A stretch of DNA of 64,000 bases, taken from the NCBI GenBank assembly GCA_045600905.1, contig JAZRYT010000054.1, positions 2,053 through 66,052 on the forward strand, read 5' to 3'. Shown here piece after piece: positions 49,381 through 58,597 of the stretch. How positions within the stretch are numbered: position 1 is the stretch's first letter; each line of letters opens with the position of its first letter. Source of the DNA: Bacteroidales bacterium. GTDB taxonomy: Bacteria; Bacteroidota; Bacteroidia; Bacteroidales; WCHB1-69. The translations under genes and the position numbers were made by a program. The notes under the pieces were generated by a model. It was given only the letters and a program-made list of their open reading frames with translations, did no database searches and was not told the origin of the DNA.

Positions 49381-50280
49381 TTAAAACAATTGATAATTTA
49401 CAGAGCAATCACTCATAGAATAATTAATCCACAAAACTTCTTGCCTAACATCCTTAGTAGAATGAATAGTTTTTAAAGGAGCTACTATTTTCGTCCACTT
49501 ATTCTTTGGATACAAATCGTCCATCATAGGGCAATCATAATTTGACAAAGCAACCTTTGCAGCTACATTATTGAGAACTTCAGCCAATTGAACGTGGTCA
49601 CAATCTGACATTTCATATCCATACGCATTACTATCTCCTCGCGTAGCATGAAGATAAGGCGGGTCACAATAAAAAAGAGTATTCGAACTATCATATAATC
49701 TAATGGTTTCTATAGCCGGCCTATTTTCTATTTGAACTCGCAACAAACGTTCTGCGATATAATCCAATTGTTCAATGCCTCCTAACCACCTACTAACAAC
49801 TCCAGACATCCCAGAGCGGCTGGTGTTTTTACAATTTGCCCAGCGTCCAACGGAAGCAGTCTGAGCCAAACCTGTCCTAACCTGACGAGCACGTACATAG
49901 AACCTTCTAGCACGCTCTAAATCCGAAAGATCAGGATCTAATTCGCAAGCCAAAGAGAACTCTTCCCTTGAAAAAGGAGTTAATCCTATTTTTTCAATCA
50001 ATTCATTTCTTGAATCACGCAAAACCCTGAAAAAATTCACCACCTCCCCATCAAGATCATTATACGTTTCAACAGGTGAAGGATTTCTATTAATCAAAAC
50101 CGCACCAGATCCTGCAAAAGGCTCACAATAATGATGAGTCTGCGGCAAATACTGTAGTAGCCAATCCAAATGCGAGAACTTTCCACCATACCACCCAAAA
50201 GCTATCAGCTTTTTCCTTTTGGTTAAAATTGTAATAGGTGATGATTTTCGTTTTTTTTCAAGTTGCATATTTTCAATCAT
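49381..50280 (-). CDS. Dam-class (D12) N6-adenine DNA methyltransferase
   Basis: WYGGKFSHL, motif I EPFAGSGAV, motif IV DPPY (FYCDPPYLHATRG). Confidence 0.9.
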   Translation of the reverse strand: MIENMQLEKKRKSSPITILTKRKKLIAFGWYGGKFSHLDWLLQYLPQTHHYCEPFAGSGAVLINRNPSPVETYNDLDGEVVNFFRVLRDSRNELIEKIGLTPFSREEFSLACELDPDLSDLERARRFYVRARQVRTGLAQTASVGRWANCKNTSRSGMSGVVSRWLGGIEQLDYIAERLLRVQIENRPAIETIRLYDSSNTLFYCDPPYLHATRGDSNAYGYEMSDCDHVQLAEVLNNVAAKVALSNYDCPMMDDLYPKNKWTKIVAPLKTIHSTKDVRQEVLWINYSMSDCSVNYQLF

Positions 50281-50314
50281 TTATAATTTCTTATTGCGTA
50301 ATTTAAGATTTGGG

Positions 50315-50322
50315 CAAACGTA
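50315..50322 (-). promoter_or_regulatory. Candidate -7 box (TACGTTTG) for the R-M operon
   Basis: Plus-strand CAAACGTA, 34 nt upstream of the methyltransferase ATG. Confidence 0.4.
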
Positions 50323-50549
50323 CATAAAATTTCGAAATTCCGCGTCAGTAGATAAAGTATGTTTCCATTAGAGAAAAAGCTTTTATTTAACACCAACTTT
50401 CTCTCATTATACATATTATAAGAAATTCCACATCGAATTCTTAACTCCGACCAATTCCCCATCCCCACCAACTAAGAAATTGGACAGACATAGCGGCATT
50501 TTTTGAGAATCGACCATCAAAAATGTCTTGCTCCAAGCACATTTTTTTT

Positions 50550-50557
50550 TATTTTTG
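50550..50557 (+). promoter_or_regulatory. Candidate -7 box (TATTTTTG) for corA
   Basis: Exact match 74 nt upstream of the corA ATG. AAGGAGG lies at 50618-50624. Confidence 0.4.
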
Positions 50558-50631
50558 CGGCCTCAAAAAAAAATCAAGTACAAAGATGTAGTCCTTGCAG
50601 TTTATAATCCAGTAAGAAAGGAGGTTATTTT

Positions 50632-51543
50632 ATGGTAGATACCATCGATTTCGGTACCTTTAAGTGGCATCACATTACAAATCCAACCGTAGAAGATTTA
50701 GATTTTTTAAGGGATAACTTCCATTTCCACCCATTGGATATAGATGACTGTTCCAGTTTTGTACAACGTCCCAAAATAGATATTTACGACGACTATTTCT
50801 TTTTAGTCTTCCATTTCCCCATTTTTGAAAAGCGCACGCAACTTGTCAAAACAGAAGAAACGAAAATCTTCTGGGGACAGGATTACCTTATCACCGTCGG
50901 CAATTCGCATTATGTCGTGCAGGATCTTTTCAACTACACCAAAATCAATCCGGAGCCGGAAGACGAAGATGATATCAGCGGAACCAGCGACGCCGTCTTA
51001 TACCATATACTATATAGGATGATGAAGGAAACTTTCCTTCTCGTTGAAAGAATGGGCACCGAAATAGATTTCATCAATCGGGAGCTTTTCAACACCAAAT
51101 CTGAAAAAATCATCGAACAGATTTCCAGATTCCGCAAAAACATCATCCAACTGAACACTATGTTCAAGCCTCAATTGCGGCTTTTCAAACTTTTTGAATC
51201 AGGCGATGTGAAAGGCTTTGCGGACGATATGGAAGAATACTGGGGCAACATCCTCGACTTCTACCAGAAAATGTGGGATATGATTGACGACTACGGCGAA
51301 TTGGTGGACGGCCTCTCCAACACTTTCGATTCGCTGCAGACCAACAAGACCAACGAGATTATGCGTATGCTCACCATTATCTCCACCATCGTCTTGCCGT
51401 TAACTTTTATCAGCGGCCTGTATGGTATGAACGTAGTACTTCCTTTCGCCAATTCTCCGTACGCTTTCCTCATTGTCATCGGTTTTTGCGCCATCATCCT
51501 CATCATTCTCGTGCTATTCTTTATTAAAAAGCACTGGTTATAA
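50632..51543 (+). CDS. corA: Magnesium/cobalt transporter CorA
   Basis: 303 aa with two C-terminal TM helices and the YGMN signature (LYGMNV). Confidence 0.9.
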   Translation: MVDTIDFGTFKWHHITNPTVEDLDFLRDNFHFHPLDIDDCSSFVQRPKIDIYDDYFFLVFHFPIFEKRTQLVKTEETKIFWGQDYLITVGNSHYVVQDLFNYTKINPEPEDEDDISGTSDAVLYHILYRMMKETFLLVERMGTEIDFINRELFNTKSEKIIEQISRFRKNIIQLNTMFKPQLRLFKLFESGDVKGFADDMEEYWGNILDFYQKMWDMIDDYGELVDGLSNTFDSLQTNKTNEIMRMLTIISTIVLPLTFISGLYGMNVVLPFANSPYAFLIVIGFCAIILIILVLFFIKKHWL

Positions 51544-51579
51544 ACCATTTAACCGGTGTCAGCCTTATTTTTTCCAATT

Positions 51580-52005
51580 ATGTACAAAACAAAACTAGAT
51601 ATCGTCGAGCTTGAAGAAGGCGACTTCCACACTATTATAAAAGGTTCCATTTCTGGAGAAAAAATACGCATCGTTTTAGACACAGGCGCTTCCCATAGTT
51701 GTATGGACACCGCCTTTGCCAAAACTATTCTTCCCGAACTCCAAACGGAAGAGCATACCGGTGTGACAGCCGGCATCGGAGGCGACGACTTCGAAGTCCG
51801 CGTCGCCAACATCCCCGATTTCAGAATCGGCCATTTCAAACTGAGTTCGTACGACAATATGGCCCTTATCGACTTCTCCTACATAAATCAGGCCTATTCC
51901 CGTCTGAAGAAAGAGCCTATTCAAATGATTTTGGGCAACGATTTTTTAGTGGAACATAAAGCTGTCGTTGACTACCAGTCTCGTTATCTTTATTTTGGGA
52001 AATAA
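51580..52005 (+). CDS. Retropepsin-like (clan AA) aspartic peptidase
   Basis: VLDTGASHSCMD active-site motif in a small protein. ATG at 51580 (MYKTKLD..) is preferred over the track start at 51556. Confidence 0.72.
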   Translation: MYKTKLDIVELEEGDFHTIIKGSISGEKIRIVLDTGASHSCMDTAFAKTILPELQTEEHTGVTAGIGGDDFEVRVANIPDFRIGHFKLSSYDNMALIDFSYINQAYSRLKKEPIQMILGNDFLVEHKAVVDYQSRYLYFGK

Positions 52006-52572
52006 ATGGAAGAAATCAAAACCACACATAAGATTTTAGGTGTCGATCCGGGCACAAACGTGATGGGCTATGCCATTTTGAGCACCAACCTCAACAAATC
52101 GGACGTTGAAGTCATTAGCGTGATTCAAATGAAGAAGCTGGAAGATCATTATGCCAAATTGAAATTCATCTACGAGAAAGTCAACGCACTGGTCGAGCAG
52201 TATCAGCCTGACATATTGGCCATTGAAGCGCCCTTTTATGGGAAAAACGTGCAGTCTATGCTGAAATTGGGCCGTGCGCAAGGAATTGTCATTGCCACTT
52301 GTCTGCATGCCGGGATGGACGTTTTCGAATACGAGCCTCGTAAAATCAAACAATCCATAACGGGGAATGGCAATGCCTCAAAGGAACAGGTCGCTGCTAT
52401 GCTGTGCCACATGTATCCACTTTCTCAAGACATAGAATTTCTTGATGCGACAGATGCCCTTGCCGCCGCAGTATGCCACCATCTTCAATCAAAAGTCGTT
52501 TTTGGAAGCACTCCTAAATTCAACGATTGGAAATCCTTTATCGCCAACAATGAAAAGCGCATTATCAAATAA
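52006..52572 (+). CDS. ruvC: Crossover junction endodeoxyribonuclease RuvC
   Basis: ILGVDPGTNVMGYAIL N-terminus, AIEAPFYGKN, and a C-terminal acidic/His catalytic region (DATDALAAAVCH). Confidence 0.93.
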   Translation: MEEIKTTHKILGVDPGTNVMGYAILSTNLNKSDVEVISVIQMKKLEDHYAKLKFIYEKVNALVEQYQPDILAIEAPFYGKNVQSMLKLGRAQGIVIATCLHAGMDVFEYEPRKIKQSITGNGNASKEQVAAMLCHMYPLSQDIEFLDATDALAAAVCHHLQSKVVFGSTPKFNDWKSFIANNEKRIIK

Positions 52573-53182
52573 CGACCTTTTAACTACCACCATCCTCAAA
52601 TATCTCGGCTGCCCGCCTAACACGGAAGCTGATATCGAGCTGTTGTCAAAAATAAAGGAGGCGGTTGAAGATGTCGCGAAAGCCAGCAACTTTCAACATC
52701 TCTATGCACACTTTAACAGATTGGAAGAAGGATTCCCCTTGGGGAATGGCTACGACGAATATCTTTCCGGTTCGACAGAATATTTGCTATGCGCCTACAC
52801 ATTGGGCACGCAGATCGACCGCCAGCTCAAACGCCTGCAAATAAGCAATCTGGCTTACGCACTAATTTTCGATGCTGCCGCTTCTGCCTATTTGGAATAT
52901 TTGGCCGACGAGTTCGAGCACGGACTGCCGTTCGACCATCTCGGTTTCCGTTTTTGCCCCGGCTATGGCAGCACAAACATTCGCGACAACCAGGAGATTG
53001 CCACCCTGCTCCACGCCGAGCGCATCGGCATCACATTTTTGGATTCCGGACTGATGGTTCCTATGAAATCCATCGTAGGCATTATCCGCATTGGCGGAGA
53101 AAACTCCACCAAAAGCTGCCAGGAATGCGTATTGCTCTCCAACTGTCCATTTAGGGCAAAAGGAACACGATGCTTTCGCTAA
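52550..53182 (+). CDS. Methionine-synthase activation-domain-like protein (Met_synt_B12 family)
   Basis: ILKYLGCPPN.., RFCPGYGS..., LMVPMKSIVGIIRIG, and a C-terminal Cys cluster CQECVLLSNCPFR. The ATG at 52550 overlaps the ruvC end by 23 nt. Confidence 0.68.
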   Translation: MKSALSNNDLLTTTILKYLGCPPNTEADIELLSKIKEAVEDVAKASNFQHLYAHFNRLEEGFPLGNGYDEYLSGSTEYLLCAYTLGTQIDRQLKRLQISNLAYALIFDAAASAYLEYLADEFEHGLPFDHLGFRFCPGYGSTNIRDNQEIATLLHAERIGITFLDSGLMVPMKSIVGIIRIGGENSTKSCQECVLLSNCPFRAKGTRCFR

Positions 53183-54252
53183 TCCTCAATCTGACGGTTT
53201 TGCACATAACCGCGCCATTTCTCGACAACGGCCTGGAAATCTTCCGGAAGCTCAGATTCGAATTTCACAAATTGCCCAGTTGTAGGATGCACGAAGCCAA
53301 TAGATTTGGCGTGCAGTGCCTGCCGCGGCATTAAGGCGAAGCAATTTCTAATAAACTGCTGATATTTGGAAAATGTCGTGCCCTTCAAAATCCTATTTCC
53401 ACCATACGAGTCATCGTTAAACAGCGGATGTCCTATTGACTGCATGTGAACACGAATCTGATGGGTACGCCCCGTTTCCAGTTGGCACTCCACCAATGTC
53501 ACATAACCAAACCGTTCAATGACTTTCCAATGGGTTACTGCGTGTTTGCCCTGCTCGCTACCTTCCGGGAAGACTGTCATAATCATACGGTCCTTGGGAT
53601 GTCGCCCGACATTGCCCACAATAGTGCCTTCGTCTTCCTCAAAATCGCCCCACACCAATGCCCAATATTTGCGTTCCAAATCGTGGTCGAAGAACACTTT
53701 GGCCAATCGCATCTGCGCCAACTCGTTTTTAGTCACCGCAATCAATCCGGACGTGTTTTTATCTATACGGTGCACCAACAGAGGCTTCATCGGGGAGCCA
53801 TCCGGCAACTTTTCATCTTTGAGGTAATAGTACAAAGCATTGACCATCGTTCCTGTAAAATTTCCGAATGCGGGGTGAACGACCATACCCGGTTCCTTAT
53901 TGATAATCATCAAGTCATCATCCTCGTAAGCAATATTTAGAGGAATATTTTCGGGCAGTATTTCCGTATCGCGAGGCGGATTAGGCATCAGAACGGAAAT
54001 CACATCATTGGGATGGACTTTGTAGTTCTGCTTTTCCGCCTTGCCATTCACTATAATACAGCCTGCCTTCGCAGCCTGCTGGATTTTGCTTCGGGATGTG
54101 TGCCGGATGAGATTGAACAAGTATTTGTCTATGCGCAGCAGTTCCGTGCCCGGATCCACCACAAATCTGAAATGTTCATATAATTCGCCAGACTCCTGAG
54201 AGCCGGTATCTTCTGTCTGCTCAATTTGTTCTAATTCGTCGAGTTCTGCCAT
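53179..54252 (-). CDS. rluD: 23S rRNA pseudouridine synthase, RluA family (RluD-like)
   Basis: S4 domain (RIDKYLFNLIRHTSRSKIQQAAKAGCIIVNGK) and catalytic HRIDKNTSGL. The ATG at 54250-54252 is preferred over the GTG at 54264. Confidence 0.9.
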   Translation of the reverse strand: MAELDELEQIEQTEDTGSQESGELYEHFRFVVDPGTELLRIDKYLFNLIRHTSRSKIQQAAKAGCIIVNGKAEKQNYKVHPNDVISVLMPNPPRDTEILPENIPLNIAYEDDDLMIINKEPGMVVHPAFGNFTGTMVNALYYYLKDEKLPDGSPMKPLLVHRIDKNTSGLIAVTKNELAQMRLAKVFFDHDLERKYWALVWGDFEEDEGTIVGNVGRHPKDRMIMTVFPEGSEQGKHAVTHWKVIERFGYVTLVECQLETGRTHQIRVHMQSIGHPLFNDDSYGGNRILKGTTFSKYQQFIRNCFALMPRQALHAKSIGFVHPTTGQFVKFESELPEDFQAVVEKWRGYVQNRQIED

Positions 54253-54261
54253 CTTTATTTT

Positions 54262-54296
54262 CACAAAAGTAGAGACGTGATTCCTCGCGTCTCTAC
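54262..54296 (-). terminator. Rho-independent terminator after the 838-aa gene
   Basis: GTAGAGACG (54269-54277) pairs with CGTCTCTAC (54288-54296) across a 10-nt loop. TTTTGTG follows on the minus strand. Confidence 0.55.
54264..54271 (-). promoter_or_regulatory. Candidate -7 box (TACTTTTG) for rluD, overlapping the terminator tail
   Basis: Exact TAnnTTTG match on the minus strand, 11 nt upstream of the ATG at 54252. Confidence 0.4.
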
Positions 54297-54323
54297 AATT
54301 TATATTATATCAAATTCTATGTT

Positions 54324-56789
54324 TTATCGATTACAAGCTTTGCACACCAATGCCTTCACCTCTTCGTTTTCCAAAACGGAATAGGGCAATTTGTCGAACA
54401 GACCGCAAAGTCGAGCCGGATTCTTTTCGGTAGCCAACTTGACAGCCTTTGTGAAAAGCGAGCTGAGATAGGTTTGTTCGCGATGCGCCGCGATAGAGAT
54501 ATAGGAGAAAATGAAGTCTTCGGAAATAGTAGCATCGTCCAAGAACGGATCCATCAGGGACAAAGCGTATGAGTAGTCATATTTCTTCACGAAATAGGAA
54601 GCCAATTTATAGGCATTCTGCCAGCTATCCATTTGGGGATTGCGGATTTCCTTGATTTTGGCAAAGGTGGCCGTTGTCAATGCTGCCGTCTCTGTCGTCG
54701 GAGTCACCGTATCCAAATAGTTGACGAGTTTGAGTTGGTATTCCATATTCAAGGCATTCACGCGTTCTTTGGGCATACCGGGAGTTGTGTAGAGTTTGTC
54801 TATCAGTGCTTGGATTTTAGCCACATCCGCCGTTGTTTGGATTTTGCCTTGGAACACATCACAAACCGTTGTGTTGAACGTGAGCAGCAGATTTTCCGGA
54901 TTGAGGTTGAACACCTCCTTCATTTCAGCAGCCGTTTTATCGTCAAGTTGTGAAGACAAATAATACTGCATATATAACTTGTTGTTCAAATAAGCTTGAT
55001 TGGCCTTGGTCTTGGCTATCACCATTTTCTTCAAAGGAGCAGCCGTATATTGTCCTTTTTCGACTTGGTCCATCATATAGTTTTCAATAGACATTGCCAA
55101 AGAGCGGTTCTTAGCCGCCAGAGCCTGATTGAATTTCCAAACAGTGAAGTCCTCTTCTTGGACTTTGTTATCCATCAAATATGTAATATGGTATTTGACT
55201 TCATAATAACGACAGGGTTGGAGATATCCGCTGTCAATGGTTTTCACTGCCCAAGAATCCATTTTCAATTGTTTGGCACATTCATCCAACGTCATGAATC
55301 CCAAATCATAATATTCAGAACTGCTGGTTGAGATAGCCTGTTTAAACCATTCCCAGCAATAATCGTATGTCACGGTAATCTTCACGCCGGGATTTTTAGC
55401 CACAACATCCTTTTTAAAGAAATCAAGACGTTTTTGCTGAATTTTCTGATAGTTGGCATCCTTATAATAGTTGGGAGAGTTGTGTACGATGATTTCAATG
55501 CTGTCCAATTTGTATTCGGGAACATCTACCGTTTTCAAAGCAGAATCGCAGGCTGCCATCGTGTAATCCGTTTTCTTCAATTCATACGGGAAGGTAACGC
55601 TGAATTCTCCTGTTTCAGGAGTAGCGACCCATTCACCTTTAGCCTTGATGCTGGCTTTGTCTTTCAAGAAATTGATTTTTTCATCATACGCCGCATTTTT
55701 GGTTTCAACGCTTTTAGCCATAATAGTGCGGCAAATACGGTTATCCTCCTTCAACACCAAGATATGGATGTCGTAATCATCGTGACTGCTGATTTGATCG
55801 GGGAGCACGCCCAATTTGGCGATAAGCTTGCCATTCTTGAGATTCGTGTTTTCGTTGATTTCCATCATTTTCTCAAACGTGATGGGTTTCGTCACAAAAC
55901 CGCGATGATACAAATCATAATCAATCACCGGATCATCACAATCATACTGGCTGTGTTGCACAAAATCCAGCGCGATGGCATCGCCTTCTTTACCAATCAT
56001 TTTTTTGAGTGCCTTGTAATCATTGCAATTCAAATAGACATCACCGCTTTTGTTAACACTGACGAATTCCGAAAGTTGTTCCAATGAGGCTTCAGCCGCG
56101 CACTTTTTACATATTTTGTCATCATACCCTTTAAAGCCAGCCTGACCTTTGGTATAAGGAACCTCTTTAACATTATAACCCGGTTTATAATTATTAAAAG
56201 TTCTATCATTACCCAAAACGATGGAAAAATACATACTTTTCATCAGCAAGTCCGTATTAAAGCCGATACCGACGTAGGTATATTGTTTGTCTAAAAAGAT
56301 ATTCGCTGTTTTAATGTTTTTCAAGACAGACTGCAAAGTGGCCAAACAGACATCGTAATAGGAATATTCGGCTTCGCCCAAATAGGCCTTGACTTTGGCA
56401 ATCAGTTCGTCGCCGTTGCCAGACAATCCATACTTGCGGAGTCTGTAATAGACGGAATGATATGGGGCGACATTGTCAAAAGTTTTCTCATCTTTTTCCG
56501 CCTGGTAATCTGCTTGAAATTGCGCCGCCGAGTCTATTCTGACGTCGTGTTTTAAGGGTGACAGGAAGCTGTATTGCTCACGAGCGATGTTAATCATATC
56601 GGTCAAACAGTTATACAATATTTTGGAATCATACGTGTTTGGCGCAAAATTACGGGTGTATTTTGTGTTTTCCTTCAAGGAAGAAGGATCAAATCCAGCG
56701 TATGGGCTTTCTGTTTGAGAAAAAGATACATTACTGATAATCAGTAAAATAAACAAAAACAAGGAGGTAAGGCTCTTATTCATACTCAT
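54324..56789 (-). CDS. Large secreted protein of unknown function
   Basis: The ATG at 56787-56789 (or 56783) gives MSMNKSLTSLFLFILLIISNVSFSQ. There is no TM segment, no T9SS tail and no motif I can name. It ends ..VKALVCKACNR. Confidence 0.7.
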   Translation of the reverse strand: MSMNKSLTSLFLFILLIISNVSFSQTESPYAGFDPSSLKENTKYTRNFAPNTYDSKILYNCLTDMINIAREQYSFLSPLKHDVRIDSAAQFQADYQAEKDEKTFDNVAPYHSVYYRLRKYGLSGNGDELIAKVKAYLGEAEYSYYDVCLATLQSVLKNIKTANIFLDKQYTYVGIGFNTDLLMKSMYFSIVLGNDRTFNNYKPGYNVKEVPYTKGQAGFKGYDDKICKKCAAEASLEQLSEFVSVNKSGDVYLNCNDYKALKKMIGKEGDAIALDFVQHSQYDCDDPVIDYDLYHRGFVTKPITFEKMMEINENTNLKNGKLIAKLGVLPDQISSHDDYDIHILVLKEDNRICRTIMAKSVETKNAAYDEKINFLKDKASIKAKGEWVATPETGEFSVTFPYELKKTDYTMAACDSALKTVDVPEYKLDSIEIIVHNSPNYYKDANYQKIQQKRLDFFKKDVVAKNPGVKITVTYDYCWEWFKQAISTSSSEYYDLGFMTLDECAKQLKMDSWAVKTIDSGYLQPCRYYEVKYHITYLMDNKVQEEDFTVWKFNQALAAKNRSLAMSIENYMMDQVEKGQYTAAPLKKMVIAKTKANQAYLNNKLYMQYYLSSQLDDKTAAEMKEVFNLNPENLLLTFNTTVCDVFQGKIQTTADVAKIQALIDKLYTTPGMPKERVNALNMEYQLKLVNYLDTVTPTTETAALTTATFAKIKEIRNPQMDSWQNAYKLASYFVKKYDYSYALSLMDPFLDDATISEDFIFSYISIAAHREQTYLSSLFTKAVKLATEKNPARLCGLFDKLPYSVLENEEVKALVCKACNR

Positions 56790-56919
56790 AAATTTTATAA
56801 TCGTGAAAAAGGGATAGCAATAATAGGAAAAAAATCGCATTCCACAACACTCCGGCTATGATAATTTTATTGTTCATATCTTTTTTAGATATATGCCACT
56901 GAACATATTAAAAAAAGTG

Positions 56920-56927
56920 TACTTTTG
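56920..56927 (+). promoter_or_regulatory. Candidate -7 box (TACTTTTG) for rpmH
   Basis: Exact match 40 nt upstream of the rpmH ATG. Confidence 0.5.
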
Positions 56928-56967
56928 CAGCCCTCAAAAAAGTAGAAAAAATTAAACATATAAAAAG

Positions 56968-57126
56968 ATGAAAAGAACATATCAACCGTCAAATGAAAGA
57001 CGCAGAAACAAACACGGTTTCAGAGAAAGAATGTCCACCGCTAATGGTCGCCGTGTATTGGCAGCTCGCAGAGCAAAAGGTAGAAAGAAATTAACCGTTT
57101 CTGACGAAAGCCTGGGTAGAAAATAA
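56968..57126 (+). CDS. rpmH: 50S ribosomal protein L34
   Basis: My translation is [52 protein letters not shown] (52 aa), the canonical L34 sequence. It is absent from the ORF track because it is under 60 aa. Confidence 0.93.
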   Translation: MKRTYQPSNERRRNKHGFRERMSTANGRRVLAARRAKGRKKLTVSDESLGRK

Positions 57127-57152
57127 TCTAACCCCTTGCGTTTTTTAACACC

Positions 57153-57181
57153 AAAAAGAAGGCAGTTGTCTTCTTTTTTTT
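57153..57181 (+). terminator. Weak A/T-rich hairpin terminator after rpmH
   Basis: AAAAAGAAG (57153-57161) pairs with CTTCTTTTT (57170-57178) across an 8-nt loop, followed by a T-run. Confidence 0.4.
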
Positions 57182-57235
57182 GTATTTTCGCCACCCGTTT
57201 TTGAAACAAATTTCTTTACACGAGCAAAATACAGT

Positions 57236-58585
57236 ATGAAGAGATTCTTCTTTACCATTTTCCTACTAACCAACGCGGTCTGGCTGTTCGCACAGGGCGG
57301 CGGAGTTTCCGTTGACGGCATTGTGGCCGTCGTCGGCAAGGAAATCATTATGCAGTCCGATTTGGAAAAACATTATCTGGACTACATTTCCCAATTCAAA
57401 ACCGTTGAAGACCCTGCTGAAACAAAATGCTACATTTTGGAAACGCTGATGTTCAACAAACTAATGGTCAATCAGGCAGAATTGGACAGCATTGAGGTCA
57501 CGGACGAAGAAGTAGATTACCGCATCAACTCCAGAATGGCCTATTTCCTCCAATCCGTCGGTGGCAATGAGAAATACATTGAAGAGTATTTCCACAAATC
57601 CATGGCCGAAATCAAAAAGGATATGCGGGAAATGATGTACGAACAAGCACTTATCGAACAGGTCCAGTACAAAATCACAGGAGACATCTCCATCACGCCA
57701 TCGGAAGTCAAACAATTCTCCACACGCATCACGGCAGACAGTATGCCTGTTGTGCCGACTTCCTACCAGTTTGGTGAAATTGTAAAAATCCCACCCGTAA
57801 GCGAAGAAGAAATCAAATCCGTAAAAGACAGATTGAATGATTATCGCGAGCGCGTGCTGCGCGGCGATAAGTTCTCTATGTTGGCGAGATTGTATTCCGA
57901 CGACCCGGGCAGCGCCTCCAAAGGCGGCGACCTTGGTTTTGTGGAACGCGGCACCCTCTATCCCGAATTCGAAGCAGCCGCCTTCAACCTCAAGTCCGGC
58001 GAAATCTCCCAAGTGGTAAAAACCCAGGCCGGATACCATATTATTCAAATGATTGAACGCCGTGGCGAATCCATCCACGTGGCACACATCCTCATCCAAC
58101 CCAAGCCTTCCACAGACGAGCAAGTTAAGGCAATCACCTATTTGGACAGCGTCAGAGCCATTATCATCAACGAAAAACTAAGTTTGGAAGAAGCTGCCAA
58201 ACGCTTTTCCGAAGGCCCCACAAAGTCGAATGGCGGCTTGGCCATCAACCCCTATACGAACTCCAACAGCTTCGACAAACAATCTTTGGACGATGCTACT
58301 TATATGACACTCAACAAGCTGATTCCCGGTGAATACTCCGAGTGCGTTCCTTTCGTCAACGACGACGGCGTGATGGCTTACCGTTTGATTTACCTCAAAG
58401 AAAAGGTCGCCGAACACCGTGCCAACATCGTCGAAGATTACGATATGATTAAAAATGCGGCTTTGGAAGAGAAAAAATACGACGCTCTTCAAAAATGGGT
58501 GGTTGACAAAGTGAAAGTTACCAGTATAAAATTAAATGATCAATATAGAGACTGCGATTTTGTAACAAAATGGCAGATTCCATAA
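57236..58585 (+). CDS. SurA-like periplasmic peptidyl-prolyl isomerase (parvulin type)
   Basis: Signal peptide present, SurA N-terminal-like region, and a PpiC domain (FSMLARLYSDDPGSASKGGDLGFVERG...AGYHIIQMIERR). Confidence 0.86.
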   Translation: MKRFFFTIFLLTNAVWLFAQGGGVSVDGIVAVVGKEIIMQSDLEKHYLDYISQFKTVEDPAETKCYILETLMFNKLMVNQAELDSIEVTDEEVDYRINSRMAYFLQSVGGNEKYIEEYFHKSMAEIKKDMREMMYEQALIEQVQYKITGDISITPSEVKQFSTRITADSMPVVPTSYQFGEIVKIPPVSEEEIKSVKDRLNDYRERVLRGDKFSMLARLYSDDPGSASKGGDLGFVERGTLYPEFEAAAFNLKSGEISQVVKTQAGYHIIQMIERRGESIHVAHILIQPKPSTDEQVKAITYLDSVRAIIINEKLSLEEAAKRFSEGPTKSNGGLAINPYTNSNSFDKQSLDDATYMTLNKLIPGEYSECVPFVNDDGVMAYRLIYLKEKVAEHRANIVEDYDMIKNAALEEKKYDALQKWVVDKVKVTSIKLNDQYRDCDFVTKWQIP

Positions 58586-58597
58586 ACCTACACAACT

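Noticed and set aside
50277-50471. A 64-aa ORF overlapping the methyltransferase start, considered as an R-M controller (C) protein.
   Set aside because: It has no helix-turn-helix-like sequence. The candidate -7 box for the methyltransferase (50315-50322) lies inside it, and it has poor coding character.
55434-58123. Antisense ORFs 55434-56087 (217 aa) and 57461-58123 (220 aa), and small ORFs 56982-57209 and 57145-57348.
   Set aside because: They lie opposite well-formed genes (the 838-aa secreted protein, SurA-like PPIase, rpmH). They are His/Phe/Asp-rich reverse-frame artefacts.
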